The notes under the pieces were generated by a model, which worked only from the letters and a program-made list of their open reading frames with translations, was not told where the DNA came from and did no database searches. Source: an uncultured candidate division Zixibacteria bacterium (lineage in GTDB: Bacteria > Zixibacteria > MSB-5A5 > UBA10806). Taken from it: a stretch of DNA of 64,000 bases. Below, piece after piece: positions 9,396 through 19,118 of the stretch. The stretch is from positions 320,001 through 384,000 of the forward strand of contig CAWFQL010000016.1 of NCBI GenBank assembly GCA_963817915.1, given 5' to 3'. A program made the position numbers and the translations under genes. Within the stretch, counting starts at the first letter, position 1; each line of letters opens with the position of its first letter.

Positions 9396-11913
9396 ATGAG
9401 GCGAGCGCTGAATCATTTGACGATCATGTTCTTATTCCTGATAATATTTTCGGCGTCGATTGTAAATGCCGCTGAAAGATTCGGAGATCACCGTATATAT
9501 CCGAACAGTGCCATTGGCAATTGGAACAATAACCTGGATCACTTTATAAATTCATCTTCGAGGCAGCCACTTCAAACGTTCCCGCGAACCCTTGATGCGA
9601 ACGATTCTTTATGGACTGATCGTTTTTCAACTCCGGCCGGGCTCGGCGGAGGATGCAATGCTTCTTGTGAATTCAATGGGTTATTGATCGCCGCGGGATA
9701 TTTCGAGGCCGCCGGATGTACTCTGGCAGCCAAAATTGCCTCCTGGGATGGTTCTCGATGGAGTCCGCTTGGTTCCGGAATAACCGGACCCTACAGTCAA
9801 GTCTACTCACTAATAGTTTATGACAGCATGCTAATTGCCGCCGGGTTATTTGATTCCGCCGGCTCGGTCAGCGCAAATAATATTGCCGCCTGGAATGGTT
9901 CAACATGGTCGCCGCTTGGATCGGGGATGAACCGCCGAATACATTCATTGGCGATATACGGTGGTGATTTAATTGCAGGCGGAGAATTTGATACGGCAGG
10001 GGGTAACCCGGCTGCATTTATCGCTGTCTGGAATGGCTCAAATTGGGCAAGCTTTGGGACTGGATTAAATATGTCAGTGTCTGCACTTACAAATTTCGAC
10101 ACGATGCTTGTAGCTGGGGGCGGATTTGATACCGCCGGAACCTCAGCAGCTTATTATATCGCAGCCTGGGACGGCTCAGATTGGCAGCCTTTAGGGAACC
10201 GGCCTGGATAATGCTCCCTATGCCTTGACAGTTTATAATGGCAACTTGATTGCGGCAGGCGGATTTGCATTGGCAGGCGATGTCGGCGCAAATTCTGTCG
10301 CGTCATGGGATGGTGTTACCTGGGAGCCGTTGGGAGAAGGCATAACGGGGGATTTTGAAACCTCGGTTTCTGGTTTGGCCGTATATGATAGCAATCTAAT
10401 AGCAATTGGCAATTTCTCGACTGCTGGCGGCGTCAGCGTTAATAATATTGCATCATGGAATGGTGTATCGTGGTCGAGTCTCGGCTCAGGTTTAAATTAT
10501 GAAGGCAGCAATCTAACAATTATTAATGGCAATTTGATCGCCGGGGGATATTTCTATACTGCCGGAAATACTGGCGCCTATTGTATCGCATCATGGAATG
10601 GCTCAACATGGTCATCGATAAATCCAGGTACCAATTATATCGTTACCGGCCTGAGCATCTATAATGGGCAATTGATTGCTGGCGGAGATTTCATCTCAAT
10701 ATGCGGGATAGACGCCCAGCGTATTGCATCCTGGTCCGGTACAACCTGGTCATCATTGGGGACAGGTACAAATGCAATGGTCGAGGGTCTCACAATTTTT
10801 CAAGATAAACTTATCGCCAGTGGATATTTCGATACTGCTGGGGGAGTTAATGCGAATAAAGTCGCCGCATGGGATGGCGCCGACTGGACAGCCCTGGGGA
10901 CGGGAATTACTGGAGATGTTGGAAGTTGCGTTATCACCCTTGCAGTATTTGATAGCAGTCTTATAGTTGGGGGATATTTTGATACTGCCGGGTCAGTTGA
11001 AGCAAATAATATTGCGGCATGGAATGGTTCAGATTGGTCTTCATTGGACTGCAACATGACTGGCGACTTCCCAATGGTAAATGCCTTAACAGTCTACAAT
11101 AACCAGCTGATAGCGGCAGGATCGTTTGATTCGGCAAACGGTATCGACGCTAACGGTATTGCCGCCTGGGATGGTTCGACCTGGTCATCATTGGGCAGCG
11201 GCGTGGACGCTCCATACCCTCCCACAGTTCGAGCATTGGTGGTCTACGATAGCATGCTTATCGCGGCTGGCGATTTTTATTCCGCGGGTGGCGTTAGCGC
11301 GATGGGGGTTGCCGCTTGGGACGGCAATTCCTGGTCTGCATTGGGAAATGGTTTGGAAAACGACATTTGGGCTCTTACTGTTTATGACGGCAAGCTATTC
11401 GCCGGCGGATATTTTTATATGTCAGGCGCGGATATAGTTCCGAGGGTCGCCTCGTGGGATGGAGCTTCATGGTCATCCTTGGGTTCAGGAGTGGATGGCG
11501 GCGTATTTGCTTTAATTCCATACGATAATTCATTAATAGTCGGAGGCGGTTTCATGATCGCGGGAAGCGCAGTCTCCGCATTTTTGGCTCAATGGAACAA
11601 AACCAGCAGTCAGGGTATTGGCGGAGACGACCGAGGCATAAACATTCCATCAAAACATATAATCTCTCGCAATTATCCTAATCCTTTTAATAGCACTACC
11701 GCAATAAATTATTCTCTTCCCATTTCCGGAGAAGTGTCAATTAGCATTTATGATATCCTTGGCCGTAATGTAAAAACATTGAAGGAAGGTCTAAAGCAAG
11801 CGGGCAATCATCAAGTTACATGGGATGCCAATAATCAATCGACCGGTGTCTATTTCTATAAGATTCAATCCGGCGATTTTGCGGCCACCAAGAAGATGTT
11901 ATTGCTGAAATAG
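9396..11913 (+). CDS. Secreted beta-propeller repeat protein with C-terminal FlgD/T9SS-like sorting domain; split by one frameshift near 10194 (ORFs 9396-10211 and 10225-11913)
   Basis: About 50-aa repeats LIAAGxF...IAAWDGSxWSxLGSG continue across both ORFs; C-terminal NYPNPFN...GVYFYKI...KKMLLLK. Confidence 0.8.
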
Positions 11914-11939
11914 GACTATTGAATATTATACAAATTATT

Positions 11940-11964
11940 AAGGGCGGATTCGATCCGCCCTTTT
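11940..11964 (+). terminator. Intrinsic terminator
   Basis: AAGGGCGGAT-TCG-ATCCGCCCTTTT. Confidence 0.7.
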
Positions 11965-12022
11965 CATTTAACACGCTCTTTTATAGCAGACGATTTCTAT
12001 AATCGGCAAATGGATATCACCA

Positions 12023-13564
12023 CTATTTTTCAAATTGCGCGGCGCGATAGGCTTTCGTGTGAAAATGTCTGCCTAAATTGTTTGTTCCTTTTTGGCCATA
12101 CATCGCAGGCGCATCGACTTCGTAAGGCCCGTCATAACCATTTCGTCCAATTTTATCGCCATCGAATGCAATAGTGATTGTCCTCTTGCCGGCCTCGAGA
12201 TAGCCTTCGCCGAATGTGTAGATATTATTATTGTTTATGCCTCCAGGGCAAAACAATATCCCCTGCCAATGGTAATAATCGCTTTCTCTAATATCCACGT
12301 CCAACATAACGACCAGCGAATCATAAAGGCCATCGCCGTCAATATCGATCCCTCGATCGGCAAAATTGCCGGCAATCTCAAGCCCGCCGCCCTGAAATTC
12401 CCAGACGCTGTATTTTTTGGTAACATAGGCATTTTCGATATAGTCAACTAAGTAACCCATTTCTTCATCCATAATTGACAGGGAAAGATGTCCGAGATGA
12501 TAGGGACCGTCTGATCTGCCCTTATAGATATTATTGCCATCGAAAGCCAAAAGCACTTCGCTGTCTTGACTGGTTAGAAAAGTGTCGAGATAAGCGCTTG
12601 CGATTATCTTACCGTCACTGTTATCAAGCTCCCCTGCGATACTATATTTATCAAGGTCTGTTACTTTCACGCCAACCTTTACGTAAAGCTTGTCGATTAA
12701 GTTGTCAGCATTGGTGTCCCGCGTATATTCGCTGAATGTGCCATCAAACTTCGCCTTGCTTTTAGCTATGCCGAGACCGACGCCGCCATTTCTCGTGAAT
12801 GGTTCCGAGCCGCCCTTTTGAGCTCTGACCGAGATGTTCAGACTTCCCGTTAAGGATGGCTTAGAATATGTGCAAGTATAATATCCATCGTCTGCGATAG
12901 AATCACGGTGAGTGCCATCATCATACATCGCAAGAGTATCGATCGCTTCAATCACTTTCCAGATGAATGCCTCAACAGTCGCCCCAGTTACCGGCTCTTT
13001 ACCTTTCTTCAAAATAGACGTCACTACAATGGTATCACCCCTGAAGTAATATTCTTTATCCTTTTTCACTTCGAGCTTTATTTCAGAGCCATCGAAAAAT
13101 GCCGTCAAAGTGTAGTAAGTAATTTTATCGTTTTCTTTGCCGGGGGATACTTCCACAATCCATTTACCGACTGGCGGGTTAATTCCAAATGTGATATATA
13201 CCATATTCATATCTGGCACGTTAAGATAAGAGTTGAACTTATTTTGATCGGCCGTCGCCGAATCCGTCCGGATGCCTTTGGGGTCGGTTGCTGCCAACTG
13301 GAGATTTCCGGAACCGAAGCAGGTAAATGATACCATATTAGATTTGTCGATATTAATTTCGTGCCTGTTGACATGTCCCGGTAAAACACTATCGGCCACC
13401 GCAAATGACATCTGCATTTCATCTGATAGGGAATCAGCCGTCGAATCGGAATTGTCATTTGACTGTCCCAAGCCCGGCTGCATGGCTTCGGTTCTCGCCG
13501 CGAACGAGACGCAGATAATGCAAATTGCCAGGCTTATCAAAATGTATCGCGAGTATTTTTTCAT
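12023..13564 (-). CDS. Secreted protein of unknown function with Ca-binding-like DxNxD repeats
   Basis: Signal peptide; MYDDGTHRDSIADDGYY motif; two DTNADNLIDKL / DIDGDGLYDSL repeats. Confidence 0.7.
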   Translation of the reverse strand: MKKYSRYILISLAICIICVSFAARTEAMQPGLGQSNDNSDSTADSLSDEMQMSFAVADSVLPGHVNRHEINIDKSNMVSFTCFGSGNLQLAATDPKGIRTDSATADQNKFNSYLNVPDMNMVYITFGINPPVGKWIVEVSPGKENDKITYYTLTAFFDGSEIKLEVKKDKEYYFRGDTIVVTSILKKGKEPVTGATVEAFIWKVIEAIDTLAMYDDGTHRDSIADDGYYTCTYSKPSLTGSLNISVRAQKGGSEPFTRNGGVGLGIAKSKAKFDGTFSEYTRDTNADNLIDKLYVKVGVKVTDLDKYSIAGELDNSDGKIIASAYLDTFLTSQDSEVLLAFDGNNIYKGRSDGPYHLGHLSLSIMDEEMGYLVDYIENAYVTKKYSVWEFQGGGLEIAGNFADRGIDIDGDGLYDSLVVMLDVDIRESDYYHWQGILFCPGGINNNNIYTFGEGYLEAGKRTITIAFDGDKIGRNGYDGPYEVDAPAMYGQKGTNNLGRHFHTKAYRAAQFEK

Positions 13565-13722
13565 TGCATTTCCTTTGGCTTAACGAGATCAGATCTATTA
13601 GACTGAGAAGATTTTAATATATAAACAATCTGACGACAACAATAATTATGATGGAATGTTTTTGTTAGATTTTAGCTTGAAGGCGGGGCTTGGATTTGAA
13701 CCAAGGATCCGCCGTAGGCGAA

Positions 13723-13977
13723 TTATGAGCCCAACAAGCTACCGTTCTCGATCTCATCCAGAAAACATCTTCCGGCTCCGCTCTTCAACCATTTTTCCCT
13801 TCTCATGGCTTCCGAGCGCGTAGAATAGATTTCCTTATGAATTAATATCCAGTTGGAATCACGACTGGTATATTTGCTTATCCCCGTGTTATGCTGATCT
13901 AACCTCTTCGAAAGGTCCTCGGTATAACCTATATATCGAATTCCACCTGCAGAACGTATGACATAGACCGTAAACAT
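13723..13977 (-). CDS. Small stand-alone GIY-YIG nuclease, copy 3 (distal), 84 aa
   Basis: MFTVYVIRS...RYIGYTEDLSKRLDQHN...EAMRREKWLKSG; conserved Tyr, Tyr, Arg, His and Glu present. Confidence 0.9.
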   Translation of the reverse strand: MFTVYVIRSAGGIRYIGYTEDLSKRLDQHNTGISKYTSRDSNWILIHKEIYSTRSEAMRREKWLKSGAGRCFLDEIENGSLLGS

Positions 13978-14044
13978 CAAAAAAATATTGGCCAATAAAA
14001 AATAGCGGGGCTTGGATTTGAACCAAGGATCCGCCATAGGCGGA

Positions 14045-14299
14045 TTATGAGCCCGACCTCTTTCCGTTTTCGATCTCATCCAGAAAACGTCTGCCCGCTC
14101 CACTCTTCAACCATTTTTCCCTTCTCATGGCTTCAGAGCGCGTAGAATAGATTTCCTTATGAATTAATATCCAGTTGGAATCACGACTGGTATATTTGCT
14201 TATCCCCGTGTTATGCTGATCTAACCTCTTCGAAAGGTCCTCGGTATAACCTATATATCGAATTCCACCTGCAGAACGTATGACATAGACCGTAAACAT
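14045..14299 (-). CDS. Small stand-alone GIY-YIG nuclease, copy 2, 84 aa
   Basis: Nearly identical to copy 3; C-terminus GKRSGS. Confidence 0.9.
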   Translation of the reverse strand: MFTVYVIRSAGGIRYIGYTEDLSKRLDQHNTGISKYTSRDSNWILIHKEIYSTRSEAMRREKWLKSGAGRRFLDEIENGKRSGS

Positions 14300-14366
14300 C
14301 AAAAAAATATTGGCCAATAAAAAATAGCGGGGCTTGGATTTGAACCAAGGATCCGCCGTAGGCGGA

Positions 14367-14621
14367 TTATGAGCCCAACAAGCTACCGTTCTCGATCTCA
14401 TCCAGAAAACGTCTGCCCGCTCCACTCTTCAACCATTTTTCCCTTCTCATGGCTTCAGAGCGCGTAGAATAATTTTCTTTATGAATCAATTTCCAATCGG
14501 TATCACGACTGGTATATTTGCTTATTCCTGTATTATGCTGAGCTAACCTTTTAGAAAGATCTTCAGTATAGCCTATATATCGAATTCCACCAGTAGAACG
14601 TATGACATAAACCGTAAACAT
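14367..14621 (-). CDS. Small stand-alone GIY-YIG nuclease, copy 1 (tRNA-proximal), 84 aa
   Basis: Same motifs and more diverged; ATG lies 25 nt after the tRNA 3' end. Confidence 0.9.
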   Translation of the reverse strand: MFTVYVIRSTGGIRYIGYTEDLSKRLAQHNTGISKYTSRDTDWKLIHKENYSTRSEAMRREKWLKSGAGRRFLDEIENGSLLGS

Positions 14622-14646
14622 CAAAAAGATATTTAGCAATAAAAAA

Positions 14647-14720
<74 letters not shown>

Positions 14721-14754
14721 TCGTTTCTTCTTATTTTTTGATCTATCGCTCGTT

Positions 14755-14798
14755 CCCGACGAGCTACTCCGCCTGCGGCGGACTCCACCCCGCGTCGT
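14755..14798 (-). repeat. Upstream copy of the tRNA-fMet 5' half with a 15-bp hairpin replacing D-loop bases
   Basis: cccgacgagctac-[tccgcctgcggcgga]-ctccaccccgcgtcgt versus tRNA cccgacgagctac-[cagactg]-ctccaccccgcgtcgt. Confidence 0.9.
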
Positions 14799-14887
14799 AT
14801 TAACTTTATTTATCAACCCTGCATATCTAAAAGTCGTTCCCAATTAATCCACATCTGAACGACCAAAAACATTTGCGGGCCGATGAC

Positions 14888-14915
14888 AATATAGATTTCA
14901 AAATTACAATGTCAA
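14888..14915 (-). promoter_or_regulatory. Putative sigma70 promoter for the tRNA-fMet/GIY-YIG transcript
   Basis: Minus-strand TTGACA (14915-14910), 16 bp, TATATT (14893-14888). Confidence 0.5.
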
Positions 14916-14941
14916 GTCTAATGATTTAAGAAAATATGGAA

Positions 14942-15685
14942 TTAACTATTCGATGAAATATATTCCCCATCAACTTTAACTATAACCAAATCAATTTCAA
15001 AATCCTTGCCCGAATCGGCAACTGCCTTTTCCACCATAGCCAAAAGTCCCCTGCAACAGGGCACCTCCATGATCGCGACACGAATACTTGGAATATCATT
15101 ATTCATAATTATTGCTGATAGCTTTGCGATATATCCCGATAAGTCATCCAATTTCGGGCAGGCGATCACCAGAGAATTTCCCTTAAGCAAATTGTCGTGA
15201 AAGCTGGCATCGCTGAACGCCACACAATCGGCGGCAATCAATAGCTCGCGGCCACTGAAATATGGCGCCAATGGCGATACCAGGCGCAATTGAATCGGCC
15301 ATTGAGTCAGTTCTGATTGTCTATCCGAATCGCTTTTTGAAGGAATTGTAGTAGAAGATTTTCGCTCGATAGACATAGTTCTCGAACCCGGACATCCCGT
15401 AAAATCATGCGCTGATTTTCTTTCCGCGGGTTTCGTTTTTTGAATGATATTCGTGTTTGCCTGTGCAGATTTTTCATCAAATTCAGGCGCGTAGCGTTTG
15501 ATCACAATCATCGCTTCTTGGGGACATTCGCCGACACAGGCGCCCATGCCATCGCATAATGTTTCCGATACCAACCTGGCTTTGCCATCGATAATTGCAA
15601 GTGCGCCTTCGGGACATGACGGTATGCAAAGGCCGCATCCATCGCATTTAGATTCGTCGATTAGTATAATATCTCTCAATGACAT
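14942..15685 (-). CDS. 4Fe-4S ferredoxin-domain protein
   Basis: Two CxxCxxCxxxCP-like motifs (CDGCGLCIPSCP, CDGMGACVGECP); C-terminal WPIQL, AADC and MEVPCC motifs. Confidence 0.88.
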   Translation of the reverse strand: MSLRDIILIDESKCDGCGLCIPSCPEGALAIIDGKARLVSETLCDGMGACVGECPQEAMIVIKRYAPEFDEKSAQANTNIIQKTKPAERKSAHDFTGCPGSRTMSIERKSSTTIPSKSDSDRQSELTQWPIQLRLVSPLAPYFSGRELLIAADCVAFSDASFHDNLLKGNSLVIACPKLDDLSGYIAKLSAIIMNNDIPSIRVAIMEVPCCRGLLAMVEKAVADSGKDFEIDLVIVKVDGEYISSNS

Positions 15686-15877
15686 TTATTCTCCTAAAGT
15701 AAATTTCAGTATGGGAAGATAGATTCCGTATTGGGATTACTTTTTAATTCCGGGCGCAAGACTACATCGCCTGCTAAGATTGATATTAATTCGCTGAATA
15801 TTGGAATATGCTGCAAAACTTCGTTAGTCGATTCTTATTGATGATTTTTTGTATGTCGAGACTACAAAGACCGCTGA

Positions 15878-16111
15878 CTATTCTTCTTGAACCGCGATTA
15901 CTTCCTTTACCTCAGGAACCTGCTGCTTTAGTATTTTCTCGATACCCATCTTCAATGTCATTTGCGACATTGGACAACCGCCGCATGCCCCGGTCAATTT
16001 CAATTTGACTATACCCTGATCAACATCTATATCTACGATCTCGACATCGCCGCCATCGGCCTGCAGATATCCTCGTACACCCTCAATTGCGTTTGCCACT
16101 TTTTCTTTCAA
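15878..16111 (-). CDS. NifU C-terminal/NfuA-like Fe-S carrier
   Basis: RGYLQADGGDVE and GACGGCPMS (CxxC) motifs. Confidence 0.92.
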   Translation of the reverse strand: MKEKVANAIEGVRGYLQADGGDVEIVDIDVDQGIVKLKLTGACGGCPMSQMTLKMGIEKILKQQVPEVKEVIAVQEE

Positions 16112-16120
16112 ACTAACTCC

Positions 16121-17242
16121 TCAGCTGATGCTCTTTGCTTCTATATTATCGCTTTGAATTATATTTTGCCGGTCTGATTTCAACATCTTCACAATCTTGC
16201 CAGCGATATTTTTTATTTCGTCGGCGGCAAGCGAATGATTTTCGGCCAAGACTATTGGCTCACCATTGTCCCCGTGGGAACGGACCGCAGTTTCAAGCGG
16301 AATCTGACCTAAAAGTGGCGCTTTTAGTTTTTCGGATAACTCCATTCCTCCGCCCGAGCCGAAAATCTCATTTCTTGAACCGTCCGGCGCCAGGAAATAG
16401 GACATGTTTTCTATAATACCGATTGTTTTAATAGATACTTTTTCGGCCAATTCGGCAAATCGAGAGGCTACGAAATATGCGCCCGGCTGGGGCGTGGTAA
16501 CAATGACAGCGTTTGCCTCGCCAACAATCTGCGCCAGCGAAATCGCGACATCGCCTGTACCCGGAGGAAGATCGACATAAAGAAAATCGAGTCCATCCCA
16601 AAATACATCCGACAAAAACTGACTGACAGCTTTATGTATCATCGGTCCGCGCCAGACAACAGCCTTGTCTTCATCGATAAAAAATCCCATCGAAATAACA
16701 CGAAGTCCGTATTTTTCGAGCGGGATAATAGCGTTGTCGATTACAGTCGGGTTACCATCGAGATTCAATATCCTCGGAATAGAAAATCCGTAGATATCAG
16801 CATCGAGCAAACCAACCTTATATCCCATCTGCGCAGTTGCTACCGCGAGATTGGCCGAGACTGTTGATTTGCCAACCCCGCCTTTACCGGATGCCACTAA
16901 AATTACATTGCCGACACCCTTCCTGGCGAATAGTTCCGATGGGTCCTTGCCGGTCATTTTTCGTGTCAGGTTTTTCCGCTCTTCCTCGGTCATAGAGGAG
17001 AATGATATCTTAATCTGCTTGATCTCGGTCAAATCCGCGAGAACCTTACGGACATCAGAATCAATTCTGGATTTCAACGGACATCCCGGAATAGTGAGTT
17101 TTATCAATAACTCAAGATTGCCCTTGCTGTAATCGATCTTGTCAACCATGCCGAGTTCGACTATAGATCGTTTGAGTTCGGGATCTTCGACTGTCTTCAG
17201 GCGAGCGAGGATGTCATCGTTGGTAATTCCGGTCTTGTTCAT
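16121..17242 (-). CDS. mrp: Mrp/ApbC (NBP35) Fe-S cluster carrier ATPase with N-terminal DUF59-like domain
   Basis: DPEL...GCP N-terminus; ASGKGGVGKST, DADIYG, WRGPM, DLPPGTGD and ENMS motifs. Confidence 0.93.
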   Translation of the reverse strand: MNKTGITNDDILARLKTVEDPELKRSIVELGMVDKIDYSKGNLELLIKLTIPGCPLKSRIDSDVRKVLADLTEIKQIKISFSSMTEEERKNLTRKMTGKDPSELFARKGVGNVILVASGKGGVGKSTVSANLAVATAQMGYKVGLLDADIYGFSIPRILNLDGNPTVIDNAIIPLEKYGLRVISMGFFIDEDKAVVWRGPMIHKAVSQFLSDVFWDGLDFLYVDLPPGTGDVAISLAQIVGEANAVIVTTPQPGAYFVASRFAELAEKVSIKTIGIIENMSYFLAPDGSRNEIFGSGGGMELSEKLKAPLLGQIPLETAVRSHGDNGEPIVLAENHSLAADEIKNIAGKIVKMLKSDRQNIIQSDNIEAKSIS

Positions 17243-17712
17243 ATACTATTTTCCTTCAGTCCGCCGCCGCATTCTTCGCAAAATTCTATTTCTTTTAATA
17301 ACGGTCTTTTCGAATCCAATGTGCCCGCGATATCGGAAAGAAATATTGCCCTTAGCTGTGACTCGATTGTCTGCTCAATTTTATAATAAACATCTCGAAG
17401 AAGACAATTGTTCATTATTAGACAGCTATTTGAGCTTCCAAGACAGTGATATAATGGCCCTATGTTCTGGACCGAAGTGATAATATCATAAATAGTGATT
17501 TGTCGGGGGTCTGCGGCTAATTTAGAGCCTCCACCGGGGCCGCGCGATGTCCTTAGCAATCGCGTTTTCTTCAATCGAGCCAATATTTCAGACAAGAAAC
17601 GAGCCGGAATACCCTCTATTTGAGCGATTTCCTGGCTGCGCAAGGCTCTTGGGTAGATTCTTGCCAGGGCTGACATCGCCCTCACCGCATATTCCGCTTT
17701 GTTGCTAAACAT
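17239..17712 (-). CDS. Rrf2 family transcriptional regulator (IscR-like, three Cys)
   Basis: EYAVRAM...IAQIEGIP...SRGPGGG; C-x6-C-x5-C; stop overlaps the mrp start. Confidence 0.9.
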   Translation of the reverse strand: MFSNKAEYAVRAMSALARIYPRALRSQEIAQIEGIPARFLSEILARLKKTRLLRTSRGPGGGSKLAADPRQITIYDIITSVQNIGPLYHCLGSSNSCLIMNNCLLRDVYYKIEQTIESQLRAIFLSDIAGTLDSKRPLLKEIEFCEECGGGLKENSI

Positions 17713-17815
17713 CGACTAAATCTATCTACTAACTGCGCAATATAGAAATCGGTCTAATTTTGTCAAGCGTTTATATTTTTCTTGACAGCTTTTAATGCTT
17801 AAGTATATTGTGGTT

Positions 17816-17833
17816 TTGTGAAACCGTTCACAA
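17816..17833. promoter_or_regulatory. Rex operator just downstream of the rex promoter
   Basis: TTGTGAA-ACCG-TTCACAA matches the Rex consensus; TTGACA at 17782 and TATATT at 17804 upstream; divergent TTGACA at 17766-17761. Confidence 0.85.
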
Positions 17834-17859
17834 CAACTCCGAAACGGGAGGGTAATACA

Positions 17860-18513
17860 TTGAATGCCAAAAAATTAAATAAAAAGATATCAGTTTCAAC
17901 TATCCGAAGGCTTTCAATTTATTACCGAGCGTTGATGGCGCTTGAAAATGAAGCATATGATACAATTTCATCAAGAGAATTGGCTAAACGTGAAAAGCTG
18001 ACTCCGGCCCAAGTCCGCAAGGATCTTTCATTTTTCGGAAGCTTTGGAACGAGAGGGCTGGGATATCCTGTCAAAGACCTGAAAGCGCAGATTGCCGAAA
18101 TTCTGGGACTTAATCGCTTATGGAATGTAGCCTTAGTGGGAGTTGGGAATATCGGTTCTGCCATGGTAAGTTATAAAGAATTCGCTCGACAGGGATTCGT
18201 CTTCAAGCTTTTATTCGATAATGATCAAAGAAAGATCGGCTCCAATCACAAGGGGATTCCGGTTTCAGATATTAATGATATTCGTAAGCTTTTGAAGGAA
18301 GGCGATATATCTATAGTGGTCGTTGCCGTACCAGCGTCAGCGGCCCAGAAGGTTTGCGATGAAATCGTGGCGGCTGGAATAAAGGCGATCATGAATTTCG
18401 CCCCGATCAATCTAAAGGTGCCCGAGGACGTTGTCCTGCTCAATGAAAACATGGCAATCGAGCTAGAGCACCTGTCGTTTTCCCTGACCAATAAGACCAT
18501 GCTGGCCGAATAA
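17860..18513 (+). CDS. rex: Redox-sensing transcriptional repressor Rex
   Basis: RRLSIYYR, QVRKDLSFFGSFGTRGLGY, VGVGNIG (Rossmann) and NFAP motifs; TTG start after GGGAGG. Confidence 0.95.
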   Translation: MNAKKLNKKISVSTIRRLSIYYRALMALENEAYDTISSRELAKREKLTPAQVRKDLSFFGSFGTRGLGYPVKDLKAQIAEILGLNRLWNVALVGVGNIGSAMVSYKEFARQGFVFKLLFDNDQRKIGSNHKGIPVSDINDIRKLLKEGDISIVVVAVPASAAQKVCDEIVAAGIKAIMNFAPINLKVPEDVVLLNENMAIELEHLSFSLTNKTMLAE

Positions 18514-18605
18514 ATGCCATGAACAATAGCTTTAAAATAATACCCCTAACCCCATTTTTTTTCTTGACATTATAAACAAATCTGGCGTTATTATTGATGA
18601 GTGAT

Positions 18606-19016
18606 ATGAGAGTATTAAGAATTTTGGCAATCGCAATATCCTTAGGCTTATGTCTATTTTCTATTTCCTATTCTCAGGTGGAAATGGGGACAGCATGCGA
18701 GCCATATGGTTCAGTTACAATTAGCGGTTCACCGGCCCAGGATAATATGGTTGTGATCGCTTATGTCGGTGACACTGAACTTGCCAGAACAGCAACATCG
18801 GGCGGACAATATTCTTTCTTTATTCCCCTAGACGATTCCGGAACTCCTCAGCGCGACGGCTATCGACAAGGCGACATTATTTCGATTCGCATTAATGGCA
18901 ACGCGGCGACACCGGCATTCGAAGCGTTCGCTGGTAGGCAGCGGCGCGATGTAGAAGTCAGCCCCTCGGAAGTTCGACTCGAAACCTGGGGTCGCATCAA
19001 GGCGCTATTCAGATAA
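18606..19016 (+). CDS. Small secreted protein with C-terminal TWGRIKALFR motif
   Basis: Signal peptide, beta-rich body and a terminal TWGxIK tail. Confidence 0.75.
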   Translation: MRVLRILAIAISLGLCLFSISYSQVEMGTACEPYGSVTISGSPAQDNMVVIAYVGDTELARTATSGGQYSFFIPLDDSGTPQRDGYRQGDIISIRINGNAATPAFEAFAGRQRRDVEVSPSEVRLETWGRIKALFR

Positions 19017-19118
19017 GTCAAAAAGATAATATTTTGTATTATTGGAAATCGGCGATTAGGCCGATATTTTTTTGCTTAAGAAAATTGCGAATGTCAAATC
19101 AGATTGCAATTGTACACA

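Noticed and set aside
13683..14390. Additional functional tRNA genes in the array
   Set aside because: The copies lack the 5' acceptor strand and most of the D-arm and carry an inserted hairpin.
13723..14425. 126-aa versions of the GIY-YIG ORFs in the ORF track
   Set aside because: The extensions read through the previous unit and its tRNA fragment. The start common to all three copies is MFTVY (13977, 14299, 14621).
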